The translations under genes were made by a program, and so were the position numbers. Under the pieces are notes generated by a model, which worked only from the letters and a program-made list of their open reading frames with translations, searched no databases and was not told where the DNA came from. A DNA stretch of 57,949 bases from a bacterium (lineage in GTDB: Bacteria; JACRDZ01; JAQUKH01), in contig JAQUKH010000014.1 of NCBI GenBank assembly GCA_028719205.1, positions 1 to 57,949 of the forward strand, read 5' to 3'. Positions 18,745 to 28,732 of the stretch are shown in pieces (positions within the stretch are counted from its first letter, which is position 1; every line of letters begins with the position of its first letter).

Positions 18745-19299
18745 TTAGATAAAGTGTAGAATATTTAACCACTTTTTATATTTTTGCTCTTTCGTTAAAC
18801 TTGCCATTGCGGGGCTTGTTGAAGGGAGCCTATGGTATTCAAAATCGTGATGGCTATTTTTTAATTCTGGCAGGACCCGTTTTTTGAATTCTATTTCCGC
18901 CTTTACGCCATTAAAAAAAACATATCTAATACCCGGATATTTTGCGAACAAAACATTAAAATTGTTTATTGTTTGATTTTTAATAGCCTGATCACTGCTG
19001 CCTTCCCTCTCGCACGCTTTTAAAACATCCCATATCGCTAACCCGTTTTTTATCACTATATTTTTTTTATGTTCATAACCGGCTTGCGGATCTATATCCA
19101 GCAATTTACAAATAATATGCCAGAATGCATTCCGGTTATGAGCGTAATATTGACCTTGTTTTAAAGATTTTTTACCGGGAAAAGTTCCTAAAATTAGAAC
19201 CTTTGGGTTACCCCCTATTATTGGCGGAAAGCCTAAACAGCGAAAGCGCTCATTTTGCGTCATTATCTTTTTTATATCAAAATTTATCCAAAAAAGCAA
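18745..19299 (-). CDS. Uracil-DNA glycosylase superfamily (deoxyinosine/Mug-like)
   Basis: LILGTFPG..SL..QYYAH.RNAFW, WDV, GSSD, FNG, LPSTSPA. Confidence 0.9.
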   Translation of the reverse strand: MLFWINFDIKKIMTQNERFRCLGFPPIIGGNPKVLILGTFPGKKSLKQGQYYAHNRNAFWHIICKLLDIDPQAGYEHKKNIVIKNGLAIWDVLKACEREGSSDQAIKNQTINNFNVLFAKYPGIRYVFFNGVKAEIEFKKRVLPELKNSHHDFEYHRLPSTSPAMASLTKEQKYKKWLNILHFI

Positions 19300-19483
19300 T
19301 ATTGCTTTTTAAGATATTTGTCAAACCGTCGGATAATTTCTGAAGCCGCCATTCCAGGATTATCTCATCCTTAAATAACCGGCCCGCGGACTTTTCTTCA
19401 TCGCTTAAAAAAGCGGTTTTTTGACAAGTTATTTTTTCAGATATTTTTTCAATTTTTTCTGTTGATCCCATAAATCCTCTTTT

Positions 19484-20209
19484 TTATTTTTTATCCCTCA
19501 TCTTAAACAGCAACCTGAGTATTTCAAGGTAAAGCCATATAAGCGTGACCATTAAACTGAAAGCCCCATACCATTCCATATACCCCGGGGCACCGGACTT
19601 AGCGCCTTTTTCGATAAGATCAAAATCGAGCACTAAATTAAACGCCGCGATAACTACTACAAATAAACTGAAAATGATCCCTAAAGGCCCGCTGTCATAG
19701 ATTAAAGGAACGCTTTTGCCAAAAAAGGAAAGAACAATGCCTATAAAATAATATAAAGCAATTCCTCCCGTTGCCGCAAAAACACCAAACCGGAAATTAT
19801 CCGTCACTTTTATAATACCTGATTTATAGATCAATAATAAGGAAAAAAGGGTCCCGAAAGTCAGCCCCACTGCCTGTAAAACCACACCCGGGTATAAGCG
19901 TTCAAGAAAAACAGATGTTGAGCTTAGAATCACGCCTTCCAGAAGGGCATATACAGGGGCAGTAACAGGAGCCCATTCGGTTTTAAAAATAGTGACCATC
20001 GCTATGACAAATCCGCCGATTAAAGCAGGCCAGAAAAGAGGCAGGTATTTCCCGGGATTGTTCCAGACAAAAGAGGCACTTAATAATAACAGGAATAACA
20101 GGATAAATGATTTATTTACAGTACCCTGTATGCTCATTACATCGGACGGGTCATAAGACCGCGATTCCGCGAAAGTATCTCTGCTTAATGCCGGATTTCC
20201 TGTTTTCAT
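19484..20209 (-). CDS. Bax inhibitor-1/YccA family membrane protein
   Basis: 7 hydrophobic segments, YALLEG, NLVLDFD, EWYGAF.LMVTLIWLYLEILRLL. Confidence 0.92.
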   Translation of the reverse strand: MKTGNPALSRDTFAESRSYDPSDVMSIQGTVNKSFILLFLLLLSASFVWNNPGKYLPLFWPALIGGFVIAMVTIFKTEWAPVTAPVYALLEGVILSSTSVFLERLYPGVVLQAVGLTFGTLFSLLLIYKSGIIKVTDNFRFGVFAATGGIALYYFIGIVLSFFGKSVPLIYDSGPLGIIFSLFVVVIAAFNLVLDFDLIEKGAKSGAPGYMEWYGAFSLMVTLIWLYLEILRLLFKMRDKK

Positions 20210-20390
20210 AAATTACTCCTCCTTTATGGAAATTTAATTATATATAAATTGATATTTTATTTTAATTGGCAGATTCAACTTTTTATTGACTTTTCCCCAC
20301 TCCATGCCCTATGCCTCATACTTTCTTCACTTATGACTGGTGCCTTTATAACTGGAGACTTTTTTAAAAATTAGTGTTATTATTTATATT

Positions 20391-20855
20391 ATGGAACTTA
20401 AGTTTATCGTTGATAACATGCTTGGAAGATTAGCCAAATGGCTCAGGATCGCCGGTTATGATACGCTCTACTTCAATAGCATTGAAGATGATAAATTAAT
20501 AGACATCGCTTTAAAGGAAAATAGGATAATTCTTACAAGAGATACCCGCCTGATAAAAAGAAAACTTGTAAAAAATTATATTTTAATAAATAATGACTTT
20601 TGGAACAATCAGCTTAAAGAACTTTCAGAAAATATTAAATTAGATCTTTCCTCAAATATCCTGACAAGATGTGTTTTCTGCAATGACATTCTTTCTCAAA
20701 TCGAAAAAGAAAAAGTGATAAACAAAGTCCCGCCCTATGTCTTCGAAACACAAAACATTTTTTTGTCCTGCCCAAAATGCGAAAGGATCTTCTGGCAGGG
20801 AACACATTTCGCGGAAATAAAAAAGGTTCTTAATAATATCATTCCGTCATCATAA
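20391..20855 (+). CDS. Mut7-C RNase domain protein
   Basis: DNMLGRLAKWLR..GYD, RIILTRD, RCxxCN, CPKC..FWQGTH. Confidence 0.93.
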   Translation: MELKFIVDNMLGRLAKWLRIAGYDTLYFNSIEDDKLIDIALKENRIILTRDTRLIKRKLVKNYILINNDFWNNQLKELSENIKLDLSSNILTRCVFCNDILSQIEKEKVINKVPPYVFETQNIFLSCPKCERIFWQGTHFAEIKKVLNNIIPSS

Positions 20856-20915
20856 AAAGGTTAACCGGATCACAGCGCTTTTTACTTCCGCCGGTCTTTT
20901 CCGGGCTGCCCCATA

Positions 20916-20990
20916 TACAAGACTCAAGCGGAAGGTTCTGGCTGAAAGCCAGGTTCTTTCCGCTTCTAGTCCTTGTTATCCTCGTAGGGG
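20916..20990 (+). mobile_element. 75-bp structured insertion element, copy 1, ATA on both sides
   Basis: 64/75 identical to 25041-25115; removal gives VOC gene end MQSYNMGQPGKDRRK*. Confidence 0.8.
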
Positions 20991-21397
20991 ATATTATACG
21001 ATTGCATCATGCTTACATTGTTGCCTTCGGTGTCTATAAATGTAGCATAAAGCCCGACACCGGGAATATCATCAGGCTCTCCAGGCTTCTGCATCCCGCC
21101 AAGCACTTTTCCGCCTGCCGCTTCAACGTTTTTCATTGCCTTTCTGATATCATCCACGGCAATCGTTATCCTGGTATACTGGTCCGGTTTCGTTTTCTGG
21201 TAAAAACCCCCGTTAATGTTACCGGGATTTTTGACCATGCGGTTTTCATCAGTTTCGCTAGTCGTTACAAGCACATATTCTCCCATATCGGGCCCCAATT
21301 GGTTCGTTTGCCAGCCAAACGCCTTCTCATAGAACCTGGACATCCGCTTTCTATCATTCGCCGGCATTTCAAAATGGACTACTGGACTTATTTTCAT
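20966..21397 (-). CDS. VOC/glyoxalase family protein (C-terminus replaced by insertion)
   Basis: VVHFEMPA, FYEKAFGW, GNINGG, IPGVG, DTEGN; ATG 21397 with GGGGG RBS. Confidence 0.9.
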   Translation of the reverse strand: MKISPVVHFEMPANDRKRMSRFYEKAFGWQTNQLGPDMGEYVLVTTSETDENRMVKNPGNINGGFYQKTKPDQYTRITIAVDDIRKAMKNVEAAGGKVLGGMQKPGEPDDIPGVGLYATFIDTEGNNVSMMQSYNIPYEDNKD

Positions 21398-21500
21398 ATT
21401 TTTACCCCCCAATCTTAATTTAGTTAATTTTAAACTGCATAAATTTATCAAGTTTATTTTAGTATGACAATGGCTTGAATCCGCTTTTTATTGACTTTTT

Positions 21501-22205
21501 TTATTCCATAGCTTTTTTTCTCATATTATCTGGCATTTTCTCTATCGCGTATCTTAACGCGGTGCGCGGCATTTTATTTTTGTGTTTGATGATGTATTCA
21601 AAAACTTCTTTTTGATGCAGCCGGCTTGCCTCCTTCAGCATCCAGCCGTAACCTTTCTGAACCATGTCATCCCCATCTAATAACAAAGCATCCGATATCT
21701 CAAATATATCTTTCAGGAACCTGCCCCTTCTGGCAGGGATAATTAATGACACCGCCGAGGCTCTTTTCAGCCAGCGGTTATCAGATTTTGTCCATATTTT
21801 TAATTTTTCAATTAACTTCGGATATTTATCAATAAAGTCAGCAACCGTATGATTGCAAAAGCTGTCACATTTCGCCCAGTTATCGATATATCTTTCGATC
21901 CATTTCTCACATATATAAAAATCTTTTTCTTCAAATTTATCTGACAGATTCGGAAGCCAATCCGCGGCAATAAACGCCTCTTCGCAAAAACCCGAAGAGT
22001 AAAGTTCTTCGCAAAGTCCGAATATCTCCTTTTTATCCAGCCCCTTTATTTCCTTCCAGTATTTTTTAGCTATCTTATTAACTATACCGGTCTTAACCCC
22101 ATAATATATGACTTTTTCCTTAAAAAACCGCTGGAAGCTTTTTTTTGTGGTTTCATCAGAGTTGTTTTTTAATTCGATGCGGATTTGAGTAATAATATGG
22201 TTCAT
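21501..22205 (-). CDS. DNA alkylation repair protein (AlkD-like)
   Basis: IDNWAKCD, W.KRAS, MVQKGYGWMLKE, MPRTALRYAIEK. Confidence 0.92.
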   Translation of the reverse strand: MNHIITQIRIELKNNSDETTKKSFQRFFKEKVIYYGVKTGIVNKIAKKYWKEIKGLDKKEIFGLCEELYSSGFCEEAFIAADWLPNLSDKFEEKDFYICEKWIERYIDNWAKCDSFCNHTVADFIDKYPKLIEKLKIWTKSDNRWLKRASAVSLIIPARRGRFLKDIFEISDALLLDGDDMVQKGYGWMLKEASRLHQKEVFEYIIKHKNKMPRTALRYAIEKMPDNMRKKAME

Positions 22206-22301
22206 ATAATTAACCGGTCTTTTTGCACCACCCCTTTAATCCCCTCCTTATTATATTAAACAAAACAAAAAGGGCCAAGTATTATTTAAAAACGGCTTTC
22301 T

Positions 22302-23459
22302 TTAAATCTCAAGGAGCCGTCTCATAGCTTTAAGCAATGCGCCGAAACTGGCCGTGAATAAAATGAAAACAGCAACCCAGCCGATAAATGGAATTAGAGA
22401 AATAATGGTAAATGCCAGAGTACCCCACACAGCGTTCAGCCAGGTAACCCGGATCTCGCCGTTCTTCTTTAAGAGTTTTTCGATAATCGCGCCAAGGAAG
22501 AAAACCATTATCAAACATGAAATAAGAGTCAAAAGCAAAAATAACACGCCGAGTATAATTCCGGCATATGCGCCGATAAGCGTAATAATGAGCAGGACTA
22601 CCGCGATGGGAACAACCAAAAGTCCGGCTACGCCTACACCAAGATCGCTCCAAAAATTTTTGTAAGCGGAAGTCACCACTTCGGAAAGTTTTGCGCGGAA
22701 AAGCTTAATGAAAATAATTCCTGCCAAAAACAGAGCGAGCATTTTTAAAACAATAGCCACAGCACGGCCCGCGTATGGCATGTGTTTTTTTCCTTTCCAC
22801 TTTATGAATTCAATCGCACCGATCTTAGCGCCTTCCTGTACCTGGGCTTCCTGCCGGCCATAATATTTAATTGGCCCGGCTACGCGAGCCTCGGGCCCAA
22901 ACACAAGCTTTTTTCCCGCCCGGACTTCCAGCGGCCCTTCAATGGCGCCGTTGATAAAAATTTCACCGCCGGCAATCATCGCGGATTTGGCCACACTGCC
23001 GTTTAAATTAATAACACCGCCCGCCGCCCACAAATCGCCTCCAACTGTCGCGTTTTTTGAGATTGAGACCGTCCCGCCCGCCACAAGCAAATCTCCGGCA
23101 ACGGGCGCGGTTATGGAAACATTACCTCCGGCTAAACGCGCATCATCACCAACCCGGTTAGACACGTTCACGTTGCCCCCAGCCGCAAAAAGGTCTTTTT
23201 CAATTTGACCGGCCATGTTCACACTGCCGCCCGCAACGAACAAATCACCTGAAACGTCTTTGTTAACGGCCACCGATGCGCCGGCTACATATAAGTTATG
23301 AAAAGTTTCCGAACCGCCGACCACCACCAAATTGCCCGGGGTCTCAAGGCTTTTGGGCAAATACTGCGCTGCGTTTATAATCACGGTGTGTGAGACTATT
23401 AAAACCGCAATTACTGTCAGAAATAATTTTTTTGTCACTTTAGCACCTCCATTTTTCAT
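22302..23459 (-). CDS. Membrane protein with polymer-forming (bactofilin-like) beta-helix repeats
   Basis: Signal peptide, repeated GDL..AGG.V.I units, C-terminal TM bundle with IPFIGW. Confidence 0.8.
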   Translation of the reverse strand: MKNGGAKVTKKLFLTVIAVLIVSHTVIINAAQYLPKSLETPGNLVVVGGSETFHNLYVAGASVAVNKDVSGDLFVAGGSVNMAGQIEKDLFAAGGNVNVSNRVGDDARLAGGNVSITAPVAGDLLVAGGTVSISKNATVGGDLWAAGGVINLNGSVAKSAMIAGGEIFINGAIEGPLEVRAGKKLVFGPEARVAGPIKYYGRQEAQVQEGAKIGAIEFIKWKGKKHMPYAGRAVAIVLKMLALFLAGIIFIKLFRAKLSEVVTSAYKNFWSDLGVGVAGLLVVPIAVVLLIITLIGAYAGIILGVLFLLLTLISCLIMVFFLGAIIEKLLKKNGEIRVTWLNAVWGTLAFTIISLIPFIGWVAVFILFTASFGALLKAMRRLLEI

Positions 23460-23570
23460 TTATAACCACCGGATAATGAACAGGTTTAATTTTATAATAT
23501 TATTACAAATAAAATAATGGCTTAAATCAACTTTTAATTGATTTTTTCCCGCTTATAACTTTTTTATTGA

Positions 23571-23783
23571 GTGAAAAAAGTCAAAGGCCAATTGCACAAC
23601 CATCCCAACGACCATGTTGTATATGTAAAAAGCGATGCACGGTTCAAATTAAGCTTTCCTGACGGAAAGAGTTCAGTATTTGACCTCAAGGCAGGACAAG
23701 TATTATGGCTAAAAGCAGGCCCTCACGAAACAGAAAATACAGGCACAACAGAGGGAGATAATCTTGTAATTGAAGTGAAATAA
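23571..23783 (+). pseudogene. Cupin-domain fragment, N-terminus apparently missing
   Basis: HNHP..VVY, G..LW..A.PH.TEN.G..VIEVK; weak GTG start. Confidence 0.55.
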
Positions 23784-23786
23784 GGA

Positions 23787-24356
23787 TTATATTTTTTTCC
23801 CGAGCGCTATTGCCTTTTCGCGAATGCCTTTCAATTTGAGTATTTCCCCTGATTCTCCCGCGTCAGGGACAAGGAGAGATTTGAATTTCATCTCACTATA
23901 TCCGGCTATCAGGGCAAAAGATTTTTTCACAATATCAAGCCCTATATTTTCGTAAGCGCTTAACAACAAAACCATAGTCTTTCCTCTCATCGGCGACTCA
24001 AACGTGTCAGTCGAATTATCCCATTTATAGAGTGAAAACATCCTGTCTATTATAAGCTTGAGCTGGGTGCTCGGCCCATAGAAATATAGCGGAGTGGCAA
24101 AAACAATCACATCAGCCTTTGCCATTTTCTTAAGAACCTCTTTTACATCATCATTAATAACGCACTCATACTCCTTGAGCTTTTGACATCGCCGGCAGGA
24201 TATACACCCATTTGATTTAGACTTAAGCAAAGCAGTTCGGATTATCTCCACCTTACCGCCATTTAAACTCGCGCCTTGAACAAACCATTCCACAAGCGTA
24301 GAAGTATTGCCGTTTTTTTTCGGGCTGCCATTAAGAATTAAGATATTTTTAACCAT
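23787..24356 (-). CDS. Flavodoxin family / NADPH-dependent FMN reductase (Fe-S flavoprotein-like)
   Basis: NGSPKKNGNT, CISCRRC..C, ADVIVFATPLYF, KLIIDR. Confidence 0.92.
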   Translation of the reverse strand: MVKNILILNGSPKKNGNTSTLVEWFVQGASLNGGKVEIIRTALLKSKSNGCISCRRCQKLKEYECVINDDVKEVLKKMAKADVIVFATPLYFYGPSTQLKLIIDRMFSLYKWDNSTDTFESPMRGKTMVLLLSAYENIGLDIVKKSFALIAGYSEMKFKSLLVPDAGESGEILKLKGIREKAIALGKKI

Positions 24357-24399
24357 GGGCTATATTATACTATTTTTTGATTTATTTAATGCGGATTTT
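24225..24399. repeat. 175-bp direct repeat, copy A
   Basis: Near identical to 26210-26384 (flavodoxin 5' end and upstream region). Confidence 0.9.
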
Positions 24400-24435
24400 A
24401 TTTCGGGTGATGGAAAGATTTTTCGTTTGAAGCAT

Positions 24436-24762
24436 TTAAGCAATTCGTATACCTGTTTTTATTATTTCATTAACGAAAGGATTTCCGTCATTAAAATCTT
24501 TTTCAGATATTGGATGTGGCTCTATTATGGGATATTCAAATCTCGCGGCTATTCTCATTAGTTTAATTTGTTCATCAAAAATATCTTTAATTGAGTTATC
24601 AACGATTAGCGCCAAATCTATATCACTGTCTTTGCGATGCTTCCCTACAGCATAAGAACCAAAAAGATAAGCGCTTTTAAAATCAAGCCCCTCTGCCTTT
24701 ATAAATTGCATAAAGTTTTTTGCTATTTTGATCGCTATTTTTTGATTTCTGACTTTAACCAT
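24436..24762 (-). CDS. Minimal nucleotidyltransferase (MNT) antitoxin
   Basis: YLFGSYA.G....SDIDLA. Confidence 0.9.
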   Translation of the reverse strand: MVKVRNQKIAIKIAKNFMQFIKAEGLDFKSAYLFGSYAVGKHRKDSDIDLALIVDNSIKDIFDEQIKLMRIAARFEYPIIEPHPISEKDFNDGNPFVNEIIKTGIRIA

Positions 24763-25205
24763 TTTCTAAATTCCTCAATTTTCTTGATGTATTTTTTAGA
24801 ATAATCCGCTGTGCATTTATTTTTAAAATTTGCTTTATAATTATCATATCGGGCATTAATATTAAAAGTAGTCAAATCCGCAAGAAAAGATAATTTTTCC
24901 GCAGTCATAGCTAAATTGGATTTTTTAGCTATCATAACCAAATTATGCGTATAAGGTATATTTTCATCTGCCATTTTAACATAAAATGATTTCAATAACT
25001 TTTCTATTACAATATGTCCCATAAATAACGCCCAGCTATAAACTTGAGTTAATCGGAAGGTTCTGGCTGAAAGCCAGGTTCTTACCGCTTTTACTCATTG
25101 TTATCCTCGCAGGGGATAATCTTTTGATTTAAACAAATGCTTCATAACTTTATAGTCGTTATCAGAAGATTTAGTCCAATATTCTATTATTTCTTCTTTT
25201 GTCAT
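24735..25205 (-). pseudogene. HEPN domain gene interrupted by the 75-bp element
   Basis: MTKEEIIEYW...FKSKDY | SWALFMGHIVIEKLLK..THNL..ARY; insert introduces an in-frame TAA. Confidence 0.88.
25041..25115 (+). mobile_element. 75-bp structured insertion element, copy 2, ATA on both sides
   Basis: Removing it plus one ATA restores the continuous HEPN frame. Confidence 0.85.
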
Positions 25206-25306
25206 GATTTGTATTTTAACATAATCCGCAATTGTAAACAATGGTAATTAAAGGGTTATGGATTTTGTCATAATAACAATTTTTGCAAAAATTCTAAATT
25301 AAAAAA

Positions 25307-26149
25307 CTATTTTTCAATCAATCTACTGATCGTTGAATAATGCATACGTAAATAGTCCGCTATTTCCTTCTGGCTGTAACCATATTTTTTTATCGCCTCA
25401 TTGATCAGCTCATTCCTGGTTTTTTTCTTAATATCTTTATTTCCAAATAAAACTTCCAAATCTGGCCTGGCCAGATATCTTTGTTTTTTTGGGATTTCCT
25501 TTATATCTTTATTGCCTGCCAGATATTCTATCAGTTTATCCGTGAATTTCTGCCCTCCCAATATACTCTGGCCTTTTACTTCTTCCCATATAGATCCCTG
25601 CCCTTTACCTTCCCTTACAAACTCCATATACTTTTTTCTCGCTTCCTTTTCCCTTTTCCCGAATTGGCTCAATATCCAATCCACAGTTAACCAATTCTCA
25701 GTTGTTTTCAGCCCCGCCGTACTATTGTAACTGCTCCAATTCCATTTTTTAGCTTTCTCTACCATTCCCGCTCTTACCGGATTCAACACTACATATCTGC
25801 TTACTTCCAATAAATAACTGTCTCTCTCTATCACTATTGCTTTATATCTCCCTTGAAATATATGCCCCGCGCTTTTATGCCGTTTATTATAAGCTTGCGT
25901 ATATACTCCATTTATATGCCTCATCCCTTTCGATAAATTACCATCCGGGGTTTCTAATATCAGGTGAAAATGATTATCCATTAAACAATAGCCGTGACAT
26001 ATCAGGTTGTAAGATATTACAGCCTGTTTTAATATTTTTATAAATGTATTCCGGTCAATATCATCCTTGAAGATATCTCTCTTAGCATTGCCTCTGGATG
26101 TTACATGATATATCGCTCCTTCATATTCTATTCTTATTGGTCTTGCCAT
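25307..26149 (-). mobile_element. REP-associated tyrosine transposase (RAYT, Y1_Tnp) with C-terminal HTH
   Basis: MARPIRIEY..YHVTSRGN, YCLMDNHFHL (HUH), GHIFQGRY, YVVLNPVRAG, WSSY; HTH YSQKEIADYL..HYSTISR. Confidence 0.92.
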
Positions 26150-26155
26150 GTTTAT

Positions 26156-26202
26156 ATTTTATTCCTTCGATTGGAAAATGTCAAGATTAAAGACCTGACC
26201 CC
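26156..26202 (-). promoter_or_regulatory. RAYT upstream motif and promoter
   Basis: GGGGTCAGGTCTT followed by TTGACA-17 nt-TAAAAT, 6 nt before the ATG. Confidence 0.65.
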
Positions 26203-26341
26203 AATATGAAAGCAAAGCAGCACGGATTATTTCCACCTCACCGCCATTTAAACGCGCGCCTTGAACAAACCATTCCACAAGCTTAGAAGTATTCCCGTTT
26301 TTTTTCGGGCTGCCATTAAGAATTAAAATATTTTTAGCCAT
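26159..26341 (-). pseudogene. Truncated duplicate of flavodoxin gene (repeat copy B, 26210-26384)
   Basis: First ~44 aa match 23787..24356, then break just before the GGGGTCAGGTC motif. Confidence 0.88.
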
Positions 26342-26461
26342 GGGCTATATTATACTATTTTTTGATTTATTTAAGGCGGATTTTTATTTTAGGAGATTGG
26401 TTAGGGGACAGACGGTTTAAACGGCTTTAGTAAGTTACTCTAGGAAACAACGGCCTATAAG

Positions 26462-28000
26462 TTACAATCCCTTGAGAATTCCCACTAAATATTTTTGTGA
26501 TCTTTTTGGATTATCCTCTGCTTTATTTGAAATTATGTTTATTGCTTTTTGATATTTATCGATTCCATATTCATTAATTAATGAAATTATATCCTCAACG
26601 ACAACGAGGTCGTTTTCTTCAAAAACAACTTTGGCGAATTCTCTCGCCTGATCGACCTTTTCCGCGCCGTACAAATTTTTTAAATTCTCGAATTTTTTAG
26701 CTTGTTCTATTGGATCGTATAGATCAAACAATCTATATTTCGATGGCCCTCTTGATTCATAACCGTCTTCAATATCAGAATATTCTATATCAATAATTTC
26801 AAATTTTTTTAATTCCGTCATACCGCTGCTTATAGTCTTTGTATTTGAATTAAAATGATTACTAAGGGTCTCGCGAGGGTAACTCCACCAAGGGATATCC
26901 TTGTTCAGGCTTGCTTCATATAGATTGATCAGGTAACAAAATTTACCGGTAAAAGAAAGCCTTCTGTCCCATCCATAACTGAAATATTCTCCGGGCAGGG
27001 TAAAATACTTTTCTTCGGGATATTTATATGGTTTATCATTATTTTCCGGATCGAGTAATGTAACTTTTGCGTTCTCTCCGTATTGCGTTTCATATTTTAT
27101 AAGATTATATGTGTCCTTTAACTTCTTTAATGTTTCGGTGATCAGGCTTCTGTAAGGAGTTTTACCCGTATCTTTATCGATTCCCAGATACTCTGCCATT
27201 TTTTCAAAATCAAAGTCAATAAAACCATCTCCCTTAAATTCCCGCAATAATAAAAGATAAAGGTCAAACGCCCTTTCATCATGTATATTTAGCATTTTGC
27301 CGGCTAAATTTTCATTTTCTAAAAAATATCTATATATTGCAAACGAAGGTTCCTTTTCTTTTATATCTCCGCTCATCTCATGATCAATAACAATTTCAGA
27401 AAAATCTTTAATTAGTGATCTTGCCAGTTCTTTTGATCTTATTACTACAGATGCCTCATTATTTTTATTAAGTGCGGAGTCCGACCAGTTGGTACTTCCC
27501 AATATAACTATATTTTCGTCCACGACTATGACCTTGCTATGTGTATGTATGGCCTTTGTATCATATAATACATCAATCTCATTTTTCTTGAAAAACCTGA
27601 AAGCATTTTGATTTCCCCCCTCATTCTGCCATTCATCCCCGCTATCCAACCGCTTGTAATCAATAGTCTGATCCAATATAACCTTAACTTTAACCCCGCG
27701 CTTTTTTGCATTAACCAGGCTTTCGCATAGTTGATATACTTCTGACTGCGTATTTTTTTCGTCAATGCTGACGAGGTACATGGCCATGGATATGGATTTT
27801 TGGGATTTATCAAGGATTTCTTTGACAGCGGGATAATATTTTCTGCCGCTGATATTGGTAATTTCCGCTTCCCGTAGGGGCTCAACATTTTGAGCCCTTA
27901 TTGAATTGGATGTAATTATGGATATTAGGAGAAATAGGATGATAAATATTTGTTTTGTATTTTTACACATTAGAATATTATACATTATATGAATTTTCAA
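26462..28000 (-). CDS. Phospholipase D/Nuc-family protein with two predicted winged-helix regions
   Basis: Hydrophobic N-terminus; single HSKVIVVD..GSTNWS..N.E motif; HTH-like EKMAEYLGI and RETLSNHF..TISSGM.EL. Confidence 0.75.
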   Translation of the reverse strand: MKIHIMYNILMCKNTKQIFIILFLLISIITSNSIRAQNVEPLREAEITNISGRKYYPAVKEILDKSQKSISMAMYLVSIDEKNTQSEVYQLCESLVNAKKRGVKVKVILDQTIDYKRLDSGDEWQNEGGNQNAFRFFKKNEIDVLYDTKAIHTHSKVIVVDENIVILGSTNWSDSALNKNNEASVVIRSKELARSLIKDFSEIVIDHEMSGDIKEKEPSFAIYRYFLENENLAGKMLNIHDERAFDLYLLLLREFKGDGFIDFDFEKMAEYLGIDKDTGKTPYRSLITETLKKLKDTYNLIKYETQYGENAKVTLLDPENNDKPYKYPEEKYFTLPGEYFSYGWDRRLSFTGKFCYLINLYEASLNKDIPWWSYPRETLSNHFNSNTKTISSGMTELKKFEIIDIEYSDIEDGYESRGPSKYRLFDLYDPIEQAKKFENLKNLYGAEKVDQAREFAKVVFEENDLVVVEDIISLINEYGIDKYQKAINIISNKAEDNPKRSQKYLVGILKGL

Positions 28001-28076
28001 TGGTGGGATTTTTAACGAATACGGAAAGATTAAATTTTCTTTAATAACAAAATAAATTTAGATGTTCTTTATAAGA

Positions 28077-28181
28077 TTATTTTGTACTCTTTTTAGCCAG
28101 AACATTTTCAGGTCCGCCATGCCAGCCAAACACCGAGACTATAACATTTGTATCAATGACTACTTTTGTTTTCTTGCCCAC
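28077..28181 (-). pseudogene. Truncated PIN toxin
   Basis: Manual translation MGKKTKVVIDTNVIVSVFGWHGGPENVL..* (34 aa), overlapping the upstream small gene. Confidence 0.75.
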
Positions 28182-28387
28182 TCAACAGCCTCCTCGACAA
28201 CAGCAGAGCTTAATTTCTGTTTTTCAATAACCTTTTTAGCTTTGGCTGAAACCTCTGTAAAATCAGGTTTTTTGAACAGCTTTTTTAAAAAAAGAGTGTC
28301 TATTATTTTTTTCACATCATCCTGCGGCAATTGTTCTAAAGCACCTAATAATTGTGAACTATCCAGTTCAATTACTGCTTTTCTCAT
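28160..28387 (-). CDS. Putative antitoxin
   Basis: 75 aa, GGAGG RBS, directly upstream of the PIN remnant. Confidence 0.65.
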   Translation of the reverse strand: MRKAVIELDSSQLLGALEQLPQDDVKKIIDTLFLKKLFKKPDFTEVSAKAKKVIEKQKLSSAVVEEAVEWARKQK

Positions 28388-28732
28388 TTATACATCCTCC
28401 ATAAAATATTTTCATTATTATAACACTAATTATAACGTCTATTAATCAAAATCTTTTAATAATTATACCACACTGATGGAATGAAATATCTTCTGCCCGA
28501 AAATCCCTGTTATTTAAAGAGATTTTTCTTGTAGGTGCATTTTAGCGGCTCAAGCTGTTTAAACGGTTCAAGCGGTTCAAACGGAATTTATTTAAAACAG
28601 TATATTTATTCCAACAGACACGCTGATATGGTTTTTAACCGCATCTGACACACTTTCACCTTTGAGGATACTTGCGATCGTTTTTTCTGTTCCTCAAACT
28701 TCCGACTTCTGATCTTATGACTTTTCCTAAAC

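Noticed and set aside
18529-18759. 76-aa ORF
   Set aside because: Coincides with the long inverted repeat; no protein motif
19277-19471. 64-aa ORF downstream of the YccA gene
   Set aside because: Has a plausible RBS but no recognisable motif; left uncalled
28545-28585. 9-nt repeats (AAGCGGTTC/AAACGGTTT type), echoed near 26411
   Set aside because: Few degenerate copies; no function inferable
28592-28690. Minus-strand 33-aa stretch ending HISVSVGINILF*, like a beta-barrel C-terminus
   Set aside because: Too short, no start, cannot be supported without a search
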